Assembly (NCBI GenBank): GCA_943788915.1
Contig: CALSSD010000009.1
Span: forward strand, 1-64,000
Direction of reading: 5' to 3'
DNA: 64,000 nt
From: an uncultured Acidimicrobiales bacterium
GTDB taxonomy: Bacteria > Actinomycetota > Acidimicrobiia > Acidimicrobiales > UBA10347
Shown: positions 39,564 to 49,933 of the stretch, one piece after another
How the letters are laid out: every line of letters begins with the position of its first letter
How positions within the stretch are numbered: position 1 is the stretch's first letter
The notes under the pieces: model-generated
What the model was told of the DNA's origin: nothing
The model's input: the letters and a program-made list of their open reading frames with translations, nothing else
Database searches by the model: none
Position numbers and translations under genes: made by a program

Positions 39564-41258
39564 TTATGTCAGGAGCGTTTGGACGTCAACAACGACAGCT
39601 GACAGGCGCTGATCAGCGCGCGCCCTGGCCCCAGTCACATCGTCGTGGGTTACGGGTTCGATGACCTCGATATACGCCTTGATTTTGGGCTCGGTGCCGC
39701 TGGGACGCACAATCACCTGGGTGTCATCCTCGGTCACGAGGTGCAGTCCAGCGCTGGCTGGAAGGGAACCAAGCCCAACCGGCCCTGCGTTGGCCACGAC
39801 AGCACCGCCCAGATGGGTCGGAGGTGTCGCTTGCACTCGCTCCATCAACGCCGTAACTCGGGCGGGATCAGCGTCGAACCGAATGCTGATGGGATGATTG
39901 GCGTACACGCCATGTGTGATCGCCAACTCGTCGAGCCGCTGCCACACGCTCACGCCAGCACCTTTTAGTGTTGCGAGCATCTCAGCCGCAACCAGGGCCG
40001 CAGTCACGCCATCCTTATCACGTACTCGATCACCCACGCAGTAGCCGATGGCCTCTTCGTAGCCGAAGATGTACCGCAGCGATGGGTGGGTAAGCATTGG
40101 GCGAGCCACCCATTTGAAACCGGTGAGCGTGACCTCGGCGGTTACGCCTGCGGCCGCTGCCATCGCGTCGATTTGGCGGCTCGATACCACGGACCGAGCC
40201 ATTATCCGGTCAGTTCCGGTCGTGTGGCGAAGCACATGGTCGCCAAGTAACACACCGAGTTCGTTCCCGCTGAGGGCCACAAACTGGGCGCCAGAGCGAC
40301 TGGGAACCGCCAACGCGAGTCGGTCTGCATCGGGGTCGTTCGCGAGCGCTCCGTCGACATGATGGGCCTGTGCAACCGCCATCACCAGATCAAAGGCTCC
40401 TGGTTCTTCGGGGTTCGGAAACGACACCGTGGGGAAATCGCCATCAGGTTGTTGTTGCTCAAGGACCACGATCGGAGGCACAAACCCCGCGGACTCAAAC
40501 GCGTGCATGATGGGCTCTCCGCCCACACCGTGCATAGCCGTGTAGGCAATGGTGACGTCGCGATTGTTGGTAAAAAGCGCGTCAACCGCACTGGTGCGAT
40601 GGCTCGAAACCCACGACTCGGTTGCGATCAGATGATCGTCATCAAGGTCGGCGAAGGCATCATCGACCGCTGGTCCGTAGAGGTGCCACTCGTCGGCCAT
40701 GGTGTCGATGAGTGAAGCGATCTCTGCGTCTGCTGGATCAACCAGCTGGAGCCCGTCGCCCAGGTACAGCTTGTAGCCATTATCTGCTGGTGGGTTGTGG
40801 CTCGCAGTGACAACGACTGCAGCATCTGCTCGTTCTACTAACAACGCATGGGCATACACCGGAGTCGGCGCGTGATCGTCGCTACGCAACACCTCGCCTC
40901 CTCCAGCCACAACCGCTGCGGCTGCGTGGGCGGCAAACCGACGAGAGTCATGGCGAGCGTCGAAGCCGATCACGATACGTGGATGAGCGATACCCGATGT
41001 TTTGAGCCATGCAACGACACCAGCCGTGGTCTGGCGAACCACCAGCGCGTTCATACGATTGGGCCCAGGCCCGACTTCGGCTCGTAAACCAGCCGTCCCG
41101 AAGGCGACCCGACCGGTAAACATCCGAATCAGTGCTGGATCGCCAGCGTCGACGAGCGCATCAACCTGTCCACGCGTGGCCGGATCTGGATCGTGAATCG
41201 CCCATCGCTGTGCGTGCTCAGTTGCTGCCACGAGTCCATCGCCGAATCGAGTAGCCAT
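39564..41258 (-). CDS. Phospho-sugar mutase (phosphomannomutase family)
   Basis: FGTAGLR, TASHNP, DPDADR, GYEEA, RPSGTEPK. Confidence 0.95.
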   Translation of the reverse strand: MATRFGDGLVAATEHAQRWAIHDPDPATRGQVDALVDAGDPALIRMFTGRVAFGTAGLRAEVGPGPNRMNALVVRQTTAGVVAWLKTSGIAHPRIVIGFDARHDSRRFAAHAAAAVVAGGGEVLRSDDHAPTPVYAHALLVERADAAVVVTASHNPPADNGYKLYLGDGLQLVDPADAEIASLIDTMADEWHLYGPAVDDAFADLDDDHLIATESWVSSHRTSAVDALFTNNRDVTIAYTAMHGVGGEPIMHAFESAGFVPPIVVLEQQQPDGDFPTVSFPNPEEPGAFDLVMAVAQAHHVDGALANDPDADRLALAVPSRSGAQFVALSGNELGVLLGDHVLRHTTGTDRIMARSVVSSRQIDAMAAAAGVTAEVTLTGFKWVARPMLTHPSLRYIFGYEEAIGYCVGDRVRDKDGVTAALVAAEMLATLKGAGVSVWQRLDELAITHGVYANHPISIRFDADPARVTALMERVQATPPTHLGGAVVANAGPVGLGSLPASAGLHLVTEDDTQVIVRPSGTEPKIKAYIEVIEPVTHDDVTGARARADQRLSAVVVDVQTLLT

Positions 41259-41263
41259 GGTGA

Positions 41264-42142
41264 TTATTGGAACGTGTCGCAGACTTCGGTGTCACCGGTG
41301 TCGAAACCCTGCTCGAACCAGAACTGCCGATCAGCCGCCGAACCATGGGTCCAGGTATGCGGGTCGACACGCTGGCCTTGAGATTGTTGAATACGGTCGT
41401 CGCCGACTGCCTCAGCGGCGCCTAGGGCCTCGGCAATGTCGCCCCGGTCAAGCATGCCCCGTTGCTGGGCGGAACGTGCCCAGACGCCTGCCAGACAGTC
41501 TGCTTGGAGCTCCAATCGCACCGAGAGGTCGTTCTTCTGCGATGGATCCGCTTGTTGTTGTTGTTGGCGAACCCATGACGAGATGCCAAGTTCACCTTGG
41601 ACATGGTGCCCAAATTCGTGAGCAACAACGTAGGCCTGGGCAAAGTCGCCGGTGGCCCCAAATCGGCGGGCCAGGATGTCTTCGAAGAAACCGGTTTCGA
41701 GATAGATGCCCTTGTCCAACGGGCAATAATGTGGTCCGATCGCGGCCTGAGCCGTACCGCAACCCGTGCGGATCGGTGTGTCGAACAACGTGAGCGTGGC
41801 TTCTTCGTAACGGACGTTGTTCACGGTGAACTGATCGACCCAGAAGTCCTGCACGTCGACGAGCAGGAAGTTGAACCACTGTCCGGCCGTGTCGTCAACC
41901 GCATTCTGCTGGGTGGTGGAGGTTGTAGTACCTACAGAATCCAATGCAGAACCCGAGGCGGTACCGCCAGCGCCACCAAAGACGTTTCCGCCAAAGAGCA
42001 GCGCCAGGATCAACCCAACAATGCCCAAACCACCAGCGCCAGCTGCAGCGCCGCCACGGCCACTTGCGTTTCCACGGGCGGCGCCGCCGGTACGCGCATC
42101 GCGGAAGTTCCGATCAGCCTTTTCGGAGCGAGTCCACTTCAT
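41264..42142 (-). CDS. Neutral zinc metallopeptidase (YpfJ-like)
   Basis: GPHYCP, AHEFGHH, ELQADCLAG, THGS. Confidence 0.92.
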   Translation of the reverse strand: MKWTRSEKADRNFRDARTGGAARGNASGRGGAAAGAGGLGIVGLILALLFGGNVFGGAGGTASGSALDSVGTTTSTTQQNAVDDTAGQWFNFLLVDVQDFWVDQFTVNNVRYEEATLTLFDTPIRTGCGTAQAAIGPHYCPLDKGIYLETGFFEDILARRFGATGDFAQAYVVAHEFGHHVQGELGISSWVRQQQQQADPSQKNDLSVRLELQADCLAGVWARSAQQRGMLDRGDIAEALGAAEAVGDDRIQQSQGQRVDPHTWTHGSAADRQFWFEQGFDTGDTEVCDTFQ

Positions 42143-42163
42143 GGCAATTCCTTTAGTTGCTTC

Positions 42164-43279
42164 TCACCGTTGGTCGACAAAGCCGTCGACGGTCTGGCGT
42201 ATCGCATCGTAGGTCCCAAGCATTTCACCTGCGAGCTTTAGATTGGCTTGGCCTCGTTGGAGATGACCGTTGTGGCCGACAACCATCAGGCGCGGTTCGT
42301 CGCGAAGATGGTCATGCAAATAACGCAGGGCAAGCTCCAAGCTCAGCCTTGGGCCAGCAGTGGCAAAGCTAACAATCTCCTCGTCGCGCAACGTTTCGGC
42401 GGCAGTCCCCACAAAGGCACCAACAACAGCGTCGAATAACTCGACGGAGAACAGAGGCGCCTGGCCTTCTGGCGTATGCCAGCTGGCGCTACGTACCAAG
42501 TCGCCGACGTCGTGCCAACACGGACCCATCATCGCCAGGTCGAGGTCCAACACCGCTGTTGCCCGACCATGGTCTCGATCAAAGAGCACATTCGACAGCT
42601 TGGTGTCGTTGTGCACAACTCGATGCGGACACGAGTCGAGGCCGTCATCGGCGCAACGCGTGTCCACCTGCGACTTCAGGTCTTCGATGGCCACCAGGAG
42701 TGGCTCGATGAGGGCACGGCGTGATGACTCGGCAGCTTCAAATCCGTGCAAGAACTCGCGGTGGACTCGATCGAGATTATGGAACTCAGGAGCAGTTCGT
42801 ATCAGCGGCGGGCCACCCAGGTCAGCCGTCTGGTTCGAGAATCGGCCATACAGAGCGCCGGCGCTGGCCAATGTGGCTAGTGGCTGAGCAGAACGAAGAA
42901 TCTGGCCTTTGCGGTGGACGAAGGCCCGCCAAACATCGCCCTCAGGCGTCATGATGAATGGTTTGCCGGGAAGGGTCGGCACTAGTTGTGGGTACCAGCT
43001 GTCGCCTTGGCCCTCGACGGCCCGTCGCCAATCAAGGTGGGAGGTGACCCGCACCAAGTTTTCCACAATGCCGAGCAAATCCCCATGAGCTGAACCCCGC
43101 ATCTGCTGCAATACCAGATCACGCCCGGCGCGAGCTCTCAAGGTGCGGTTCGTTCGACCACCAGTCAGCAGCTCGACATAGGCGTCTTCAAGCCCATAGG
43201 CGTCCAGAACCGTTTCCGGCACCGAAAAATCGGTTTTCACGTCTACCAGACTGCTGTGCGCCGGCCCACTTTCCAACAT
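42164..43279 (-). CDS. APH-fold phosphotransferase (N-acetylhexosamine kinase-like); start uncertain
   Basis: GRTNRT, HNDTKLSNVLFD, LDLD, DVGDLVRS. Confidence 0.82.
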   Translation of the reverse strand: MLESGPAHSSLVDVKTDFSVPETVLDAYGLEDAYVELLTGGRTNRTLRARAGRDLVLQQMRGSAHGDLLGIVENLVRVTSHLDWRRAVEGQGDSWYPQLVPTLPGKPFIMTPEGDVWRAFVHRKGQILRSAQPLATLASAGALYGRFSNQTADLGGPPLIRTAPEFHNLDRVHREFLHGFEAAESSRRALIEPLLVAIEDLKSQVDTRCADDGLDSCPHRVVHNDTKLSNVLFDRDHGRATAVLDLDLAMMGPCWHDVGDLVRSASWHTPEGQAPLFSVELFDAVVGAFVGTAAETLRDEEIVSFATAGPRLSLELALRYLHDHLRDEPRLMVVGHNGHLQRGQANLKLAGEMLGTYDAIRQTVDGFVDQR

Positions 43280-43340
43280 CGGCGCCCTACTTGAACGACC
43301 GAGTGCTGCTCTGACGAGAGCGGTCGCTGAGTACCCTGCC

Positions 43341-44693
43341 GTGGTGGAACAGTTTGACCTCATCATTATCGGCGCCGGTTCAGGAAACTCGATCCTGACC
43401 GACGACTTCGCGGACTGGAACGTTGCCATCGTGGAACGAGACGTGTTCGGCGGCACATGCCTGAACCGCGGGTGTATCCCATCGAAGATGTTCATCTACC
43501 CAGCTTCGATCGTGGAAACCGTGCGCACCGCGAGTCCGCTCGGTGTCGATGCCCACGTCGACAACGTGCGTTGGCCCGAGATTGTTGAGCGCGTCTTCGG
43601 CCGTATTGACCCGATCGCCGCTGGTGGCGAGGAATACCGGCGGTCGCTCGACAATGTCACGGTCTTCTCCGAGGACGCCCGTTTCGTTGGCCACAAACAA
43701 GTTCAAGTGGGCGACAAGGTCATCACCGCCGACACCATCGTGCTTGCCGCCGGTGCTCGCCCCCGGATTCCCGACACCCCGGGGTTGGCCGATGTTCGCT
43801 TTCATACGTCGGCCACCATCATGCGTGTACCCCAGCCACCGGCTCGCCTCGCCATTCTTGGCGGCGGGTTTATCGCATGCGAGATGGGTCATGTCTTTCG
43901 GGCGGCCGGTTCCCATGTCACCATCATCAACCGAAGCGAGAACCTGCTTCGGACACACGACGACGAGATTTCGGAGCGGTTCACCGAGGTATTCGGTGAG
44001 CGGTTTGATCTGCGCTGCGGCGAGCTGCCGACTCGGATCCGTCAAGACGGCGACGAAATCATCATCGAGTTCGCAACCGGCGATCCAATCGTGGCCGACG
44101 AACTGTTGGTCGCCACCGGCCGTATCCCCAATGGCGAGCAGTTGGGTGTGACTGAAACAGGTGTTGAGCTTGATGCCTCCGGGTATGTCGTTGTCGATGA
44201 ACACCAACGAACCGCGGTCGATGGCATTTGGGCACTCGGCGACATCTCGAACCCCATGCAGCTCAAACACACCGCCAACGCTGAGACGAAGGTCGTTGCC
44301 CACAACATCCATCATCGCGACGACATGCAGGTCGTGAACTACAGCGGCGCCCCGTCTGCGGTTTTCACCCATCCGCAGGTCGCGACCGTGGGCAAGACCG
44401 AGCGAGATCTCAAGGCCGAAGGCGCAAACTACATCGCCCACTCACAGCCATACGGGGCCACCGCCTATGGCTGGGCAATGGAAGACGAGCACGGATTTTG
44501 CAAGGTTATCTGTGACGCTGATACACGGCTCCTGCTGGGTGCCCACATCATTGGGCACGAAGCCTCGATCCTTATCCAACAGCTTGTTTTGGGCATGAGG
44601 TTCGGCCTTACCGTCGATCAGATGGCCACCGGTCCGTTGTACATCCATCCGGCTCTCACTGAAGTCGTGGAGCAGGCCCTGCTTGAGCTCTGA
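43341..44693 (+). CDS. mtr: Mycothione reductase
   Basis: IIIGAGSGNSI, FGGTCLNRGCIPSKM, QLKH, AYGWAMED, HPALTEVVE. Confidence 0.88.
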   Translation: MVEQFDLIIIGAGSGNSILTDDFADWNVAIVERDVFGGTCLNRGCIPSKMFIYPASIVETVRTASPLGVDAHVDNVRWPEIVERVFGRIDPIAAGGEEYRRSLDNVTVFSEDARFVGHKQVQVGDKVITADTIVLAAGARPRIPDTPGLADVRFHTSATIMRVPQPPARLAILGGGFIACEMGHVFRAAGSHVTIINRSENLLRTHDDEISERFTEVFGERFDLRCGELPTRIRQDGDEIIIEFATGDPIVADELLVATGRIPNGEQLGVTETGVELDASGYVVVDEHQRTAVDGIWALGDISNPMQLKHTANAETKVVAHNIHHRDDMQVVNYSGAPSAVFTHPQVATVGKTERDLKAEGANYIAHSQPYGATAYGWAMEDEHGFCKVICDADTRLLLGAHIIGHEASILIQQLVLGMRFGLTVDQMATGPLYIHPALTEVVEQALLEL

Positions 44694-44738
44694 CGCTGGC
44701 CCGACCCGGTCGGGTTACCACTGGCTATCCTGCCCTAC

Positions 44739-45827
44739 GTGACAAGCACCTTTGGACGCGTCTTTCGTGTCACGACATTCGGCGAGAGCCACGGCGGCGG
44801 CGTGGGCTGCATCGTCGATGGCTGCCCACCTCGTCTTGCCCTGACCGAAGCCGATATCCAGCCCGACCTCGATCGCCGACGACCCGGCCAGAGCCGGCTG
44901 GTGACACAACGACAGGAGGCCGACCAGGTCGAGATCCTGTCAGGCACCTTCGAGGGCATCACGCTCGGTTCGCCGATTTCCATGTTGGTTCGGAACAAGG
45001 ACGCCCGTCCTGGCGCCTACGACAACATGAAGGACCTGTTTCGACCATCGCATGCAGACTTCACCACCGAGGCAAAGTACGGCCTGCGCAACTGGCAAGG
45101 TGGCGGCCGCGCTAGCGCCCGCGAAACAATCGGCCGGGTTGCTGCTGCTGGCATCGCTCGCAAACTTCTCGCACAGATGGCTGGCATCGAGGTACTTGGT
45201 TGGGTCAGCAGCGTGCACGACATCGAAGCGAACGTCGATGCCAACACGGTGTCACTCGAACAGGTCGAGGCCGACCCGACGCGTTGCCCTGATCCCGAGG
45301 CTGCTGCGGCAATGACCACAGCAATCGAGCAGGCCCGTCGAGACGGCAATTCACTGGGGGGTGTGGTCACGTGTGTGGCTCGTAATGTTCCGCCTGGTTT
45401 GGGGACACCCGTATTCGGCAAACTCGACGCTGATCTTGCCGGGGCCCTGATCTCTTTGCCAGCTGCGAAAGGTTTTGAAATCGGATCTGGCTTTGCCGGA
45501 ACCCTGATGACCGGCCGTGAACACAATGATGCGTTCGTGCCAGGTGAGCACCCGGCGGCGCCACAAACCGAGACCAACTATTCCGGTGGTGTGCAAGGCG
45601 GCATCAGCAACGGCGCCACGATCGTGACCCGCACCGCGTTCAAGCCAACCGCCACCATCTCTTCGGCTCAGAAGACGGTCGACCGCGACGGCAATGCGGT
45701 AGAGCTCGAAGCCAAAGGCCGACATGACCCGTGTGTATTACCTCGTGCGGTCCCCATGGTCGAAGCCATGACACTGCTTGTACTCATCGACCATCTGCTC
45801 ACCCAACGCAGTGTCGACGTCCTCTAA
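44739..45827 (+). CDS. aroC: Chorismate synthase
   Basis: [37 protein letters not shown]. Confidence 0.97.
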   Translation: MTSTFGRVFRVTTFGESHGGGVGCIVDGCPPRLALTEADIQPDLDRRRPGQSRLVTQRQEADQVEILSGTFEGITLGSPISMLVRNKDARPGAYDNMKDLFRPSHADFTTEAKYGLRNWQGGGRASARETIGRVAAAGIARKLLAQMAGIEVLGWVSSVHDIEANVDANTVSLEQVEADPTRCPDPEAAAAMTTAIEQARRDGNSLGGVVTCVARNVPPGLGTPVFGKLDADLAGALISLPAAKGFEIGSGFAGTLMTGREHNDAFVPGEHPAAPQTETNYSGGVQGGISNGATIVTRTAFKPTATISSAQKTVDRDGNAVELEAKGRHDPCVLPRAVPMVEAMTLLVLIDHLLTQRSVDVL

Positions 45828-45902
45828 GGGCGAGCCTTCGAAGAGCGTCGAGCCGGGCGACGCGACCGCTACTACGCCAAAGCCACGGCTAGGTCTGGGG
45901 TG

Positions 45903-46634
45903 ATGCGTTCCCCTACTCGTCGAGCCGCAGCTGCGGCCTTCGCCCTGTCGTTAGCCGCCACCTCGTGCACCGCCACCAGCCCCGACACCGTTGTTGCTTC
46001 AATCGTCGGCCAGGCTATGGAAGAAACGCCTGAAACCGTTGTCGAGTCGCCGCCCACCACGGTGCCGATACAAGCTGCACCGGATAGCGAATCTGCGCGT
46101 GAAACGGCCAAGATTGCAGGTGCTGAGCCGGTAGCGGTTGAGCCTGCAGGTAGCGAGCAAGCTGAAGCCGAGCCAGTTGAAACCCAGCCGGAGTCACCGG
46201 CTGCATCACCCGCTGAAGTAACGATACGGCTGCCCGACGTAAGCGTCGTGGACCTTTCCACCGGCGAGGCCGTCGACCTTGGTGAGTTTGTCCGTCCCGG
46301 ACCCACGCTCGTCTGGTTCTGGGCCCCGCATTGACCGACCTGCGTGGCCGAAGGCCCCGCAGTTGCGCAGTTAGCGCAAGACAATCCTGACCTGAACGTG
46401 CTCGGCCTAGGTGCCCAAGACAGCCTGGAATTCGCCAATGACTTTGTGGCACGCGTCGGTCTTGCCGATAGCGCCATCACGTTTGTCTGGGACCGAAGCT
46501 TTGATTCCTGGCGCGAGCTTGGCGTTCGCAGTCAGCCGTACTGGATCTTGTACGACGCTCTCGGTAACGAGGTCACGTCGAGCCCGGGAGCGGTCGATGC
46601 TGCTGCGGTGCAAGCAGTCCTCGACGCCGCCTAA
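45903..46634 (+). CDS. TlpA/ResA-like thioredoxin-fold lipoprotein with an in-frame UGA at the active site (probable selenoprotein, UxxC)
   Basis: Lipobox-like LAATSC. WFWAPH-TGA-PTC, with the frame open for another 99 codons (WDRSFDSWRELGVRSQPYWILYD). Confidence 0.8.
46340..46362 (+). promoter_or_regulatory. Candidate bacterial SECIS element
   Basis: CUGCG-U-GGCC-GAA-GGCC-C-CGCAG stem-loop just 3' of UGA46332; the apical loop starts with G. Confidence 0.6.
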
Positions 46635-46847
46635 CACCGACAAGTTTCTGGTCCGCACCCGATTCGGAGTCAGACCTAACGAATCCGGCCTAGCTGCATG
46701 GAACTGAGGGCCGTTGCTTGATCTGTTCACAGATGGGTCCAAGGCGCTTGTCGGAATTTCTTGGCTGCCTCCGTGAAGCTAGGTTCTCGCCATGTTGCGT
46801 CGTGGAAGAGACGCGGCACTGTTGGTTGCGCTGGTTATGGAGCGCAG

Positions 46848-47345
46848 TTATTGAGCGATGCTTCCCGGCGTACGCATGGTTGCGATATCGATCTCGGGGT
46901 ACAGCTCGACGATACGAGCGTTGACTTCGCTCTGCACGCCAGCGAGTGGCAACACGTTGAGCACACCCTGGCCATGGCGGAGCAGATCAATGATCTGTTC
47001 GCCGCTTTGGATCATGACGGCATCGCCATTGATCACCAAGTTGACCTCGGTCGGATCCTGGTCGAGTTGGTCACGCAGATAATCAAATATGTTACGAACC
47101 GATTCGAGCTTGATGCCCGCATCGAGCAGGTGCTTGACGGCCTTGAGCTCAAGGAGATTCTTGTAAGAATACGTGCGGCGACTGCCGCTGCCTGCGGCTG
47201 GAGATGTCGGCTTTACCAGGTTGGTTCGGGCCCAATAGTCGAGCTGACGGTAACTGATACCAACGATTTCGGCGGTACGAGTGGCGGGGAATCCGCCTAT
47301 CGGCGCGCCGATGATGGAATCGATGGATAGTTGCTCGGAAGCCAT
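46848..47345 (-). CDS. MerR-family regulator (Rv1830-like)
   Basis: GISYRQLDYWARTNLVKP, GSGSRRTYS, IIDLLRHGQGV. Confidence 0.92.
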   Translation of the reverse strand: MASEQLSIDSIIGAPIGGFPATRTAEIVGISYRQLDYWARTNLVKPTSPAAGSGSRRTYSYKNLLELKAVKHLLDAGIKLESVRNIFDYLRDQLDQDPTEVNLVINGDAVMIQSGEQIIDLLRHGQGVLNVLPLAGVQSEVNARIVELYPEIDIATMRTPGSIAQ

Positions 47346-47457
47346 GTGCGGGGGATCCTGAAGGGTGTGGTGGAAGGGTTGTTCGACTGTGGTGGGTCAA
47401 CCGTAAGGTTGCCATGGAACGAACCACAGCAGCGAAATTACGGCCTTGAGGTTTACG

Positions 47458-47486
47458 AGCGTAGGCCCTAGAGATCAGCCAGTCAA
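47458..47486 (-). promoter_or_regulatory. Housekeeping-sigma promoter for the MerR gene
   Basis: TTGACT-17 nt-TACGCT on the minus strand. Confidence 0.6.
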
Positions 47487-47742
47487 CGATGCTCTAACAT
47501 CAGGAGCAACATCAGCCACATACACGACACACCACAAGCAGCTATTCAAGGCGTGGCGTGCAGCCAAACCAGCCCGACAACTCACCAATATTCGCGACTA
47601 CGCCCGCCGAACGGCACGACACGAATCAGCCCCGTGATATTGGATGGGCCGTTGCGAGCCAGTAGGGACAGGGGACAACGCTCAGCTTGTGCCAGCCACC
47701 AAGTTATGCATCAACCATCCAGGTTCTGGACCTGGATGAGGG

Positions 47743-48240
47743 TTAGCCGCCGAAGTCTTCGGGGTTGATGTTGTCGATGAACTCTCGAAACTCGTCCAAG
47801 ACCTCTTCGACGGTTTCGCCGTCTTCTTCTTCGTCGTCCTCTTCAGGTTCAGGAATAAACCCTGCGGAATCGACAACGTGTGTCGCTGCGAAGATGTCGG
47901 AACCAGTGCGGACAGCGATTGCGAGTGCATCAGACGGTCGACACGACACGATTTCGGTCTTATCGCCAGCAACCAGGTGCAACTCGGCATAAAACGTCTT
48001 GTCTCGAAGGTCGGTGATCACCACCTTGTCCAAGGTGGCACCCAACACAACAAGCAAGTCTCGCACCAGGTCATGGGTCATAGGGCGAGGGGTATCGACG
48101 TCTTCGAGAGCTAGCGCAATTGCCGTCGCTTCGGCCTGACCGATGAATATCGGCAGCATCCGAGTGTCGTCGCTGGTTTCTTGCAGCAGCACAATCGGCG
48201 TATTACTGGGCATCTCGACTCGAACACCGACCAGTTTCAT
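47743..48240 (-). CDS. Bifunctional nuclease family protein (DUF151)
   Basis: VGVRVEMPSNTPIVLL, LPIFIG, RPMTHDL, RPSDALAIA. Confidence 0.93.
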   Translation of the reverse strand: MKLVGVRVEMPSNTPIVLLQETSDDTRMLPIFIGQAEATAIALALEDVDTPRPMTHDLVRDLLVVLGATLDKVVITDLRDKTFYAELHLVAGDKTEIVSCRPSDALAIAVRTGSDIFAATHVVDSAGFIPEPEEDDEEEDGETVEEVLDEFREFIDNINPEDFGG

Positions 48241-48278
48241 TGCGATCACGAGGCACACACTATCTGTTAGGGGGCTGG

Positions 48279-49052
48279 TTAGTCGGAGCTGTAACCCAGA
48301 CGTTCTCGCAACAGCTTCACGATGATGGTCTCGCGGATCACGTTGCCCATATCCACCAGGTCGTCTGCAACTTGGCGGGCCCGGGCCGCCGATTCGGGTG
48401 AACCCTTGCGTGTCACCGGCACAACAATCTGTTCGAGCATGCCAGCTTCGCGTTCGGCGGCGACACGCCACGCCTTGAGATGGCGCGGTTCGATCCCATG
48501 TTGCAGGAACCCAGCGGCGGCTTTGGCCACCTTGAGTTCATCTCGGGTAAACCGGGGACCTTGACCATTGTCATGCGGATCGAGCAACCCAAACTGGATC
48601 AACTGGTTGAGTTGGTGTGCGCTGAGCCCTGCAAGCCGAGCCAAGTCAGCTGGGTCGAGGTCATCGATAGCAGGCCCAGGCTCACGAAATCTCGACGACG
48701 GTCGCGGAGATTCGACGTCGGCAGATAACGCTGCTGTGTCGGTCGAACCACCGCTGTCCAGGCCCTTGTCGAGGCGTTCTTTGATGACCCGTAGCGGCAA
48801 GAAGTGATCCCGCTGCATAGAAAGGATCCACCGCAGCCTGTCGACATCGGCAAGCGCAAATTTGCGATACCCAGAGGGTGCACGGTGCGGTTCGACCAAC
48901 CCCCTACTTTCGAGGAATCGGATCTTGGAGATGGAGATGTCGGGGAACTCGTCCTGCAGCAACGTGAGCACTTCGCCGATTGACTTGTGGTTCCGTGGGC
49001 CATCCTCGTCGGCATCGTGTTCGCCCGAGGCGTTATATGGCGACTCGGTCAT
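48279..49052 (-). CDS. MerR-family regulator (Rv1828/FtsR-like)
   Basis: SIGEVL, FPDISISKIRFLE, QRDHFLPLRVIK, GIEPRHLK. Confidence 0.92.
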   Translation of the reverse strand: MTESPYNASGEHDADEDGPRNHKSIGEVLTLLQDEFPDISISKIRFLESRGLVEPHRAPSGYRKFALADVDRLRWILSMQRDHFLPLRVIKERLDKGLDSGGSTDTAALSADVESPRPSSRFREPGPAIDDLDPADLARLAGLSAHQLNQLIQFGLLDPHDNGQGPRFTRDELKVAKAAAGFLQHGIEPRHLKAWRVAAEREAGMLEQIVVPVTRKGSPESAARARQVADDLVDMGNVIRETIIVKLLRERLGYSSD

Positions 49053-49507
49053 GACTCATCCGTTAGGAACACAAGTTTGAATTTCCCGATCTGTACTTCG
49101 TCGCCCGAACGAAGGCTGCTCGACTCGGTGCGAGTTCTGTTCAGGTAGGTGCCATTGAGCGATCCAGCATCGTTGAGCAGCACGACATCGCCATCGCGAT
49201 GCACTGCGGCATGACGGCGACTCACCGTGACATCGTCGAGGAAGATGTCACTCTCGGGATGGCGGCCAATCGTGGTGTAGGTCTCGGTCACCGGATAACG
49301 GGTGCCAGCCTTGGATCCGCGCTTGACCACGAATACAGCTGAGCCGGCACCAAGAGACTCGTCGACGCTGGCCTCATCGATCGTGACTACGGCGTGTTCC
49401 GACGTCGGTTCCTCGTGGGATCGGTGCAGGTCAAACCCGCAAGACGAGCAATAGTTCGAAGCCTCGCTGTTCGGATGCCCGCATCGCGAGCAGACGGTCT
49501 CAGCCAT
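49049..49507 (-). CDS. Zinc-ribbon plus FHA domain protein (GarA/OdhI-like)
   Basis: CSRC...CSSC, GRHPESDIFLDDVTVSRRHA, GSLNGTY, IGKFKL. Confidence 0.92.
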   Translation of the reverse strand: MAETVCSRCGHPNSEASNYCSSCGFDLHRSHEEPTSEHAVVTIDEASVDESLGAGSAVFVVKRGSKAGTRYPVTETYTTIGRHPESDIFLDDVTVSRRHAAVHRDGDVVLLNDAGSLNGTYLNRTRTESSSLRSGDEVQIGKFKLVFLTDES

Positions 49508-49889
49508 TGGTGTACCCAATCAGTTCGAGATATGCCTGCGCGTCGAGCAACGAGTTGACATCGGCCGCAGAAGAGGGACGTACTGTGCACAACCACCCCT
49601 GACCGTAGGGGTCGCTATTCACCGCCGTGGGCGTGACAGCAAGCGCAGCATTTGGTTCAACAACTACTGCGTCGACCGGCATGTACAGGTCAGTCATGGC
49701 TTTAAACGCTTCAATTTCACCCATTTCATCGCCTGCAGCCACCGTGGTCTGCACATCGGCAAGCTGCACCATGGTCACCTCGCCAAGAGCTTCTTGGGCG
49801 AACTCGGTGATACCGACTCGCAAAAGGTCACCCTCGACGCGGACCCACTGATGGTCTCGGGAGTAACGCAAGTCGTTGGGCACGAGCAT
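49500..49889 (-). CDS. gcvH: Glycine cleavage system H protein
   Basis: LRYSRDHQW, GITEFAQEALG, lipoyl Lys in EAFKA, NSDPYGQGW. Confidence 0.92.
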   Translation of the reverse strand: MLVPNDLRYSRDHQWVRVEGDLLRVGITEFAQEALGEVTMVQLADVQTTVAAGDEMGEIEAFKAMTDLYMPVDAVVVEPNAALAVTPTAVNSDPYGQGWLCTVRPSSAADVNSLLDAQAYLELIGYTNG

Positions 49890-49933
49890 GAGCGGAACCG
49901 TAGCCCATCAGAACTACGACCAAAACCTTGACT

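Noticed and set aside
25679..44441. Long antisense ORFs such as 25679-26635, 35553-36383 and 43380-44441
   Set aside because: Shadow ORFs opposite well-supported genes in GC-rich DNA.
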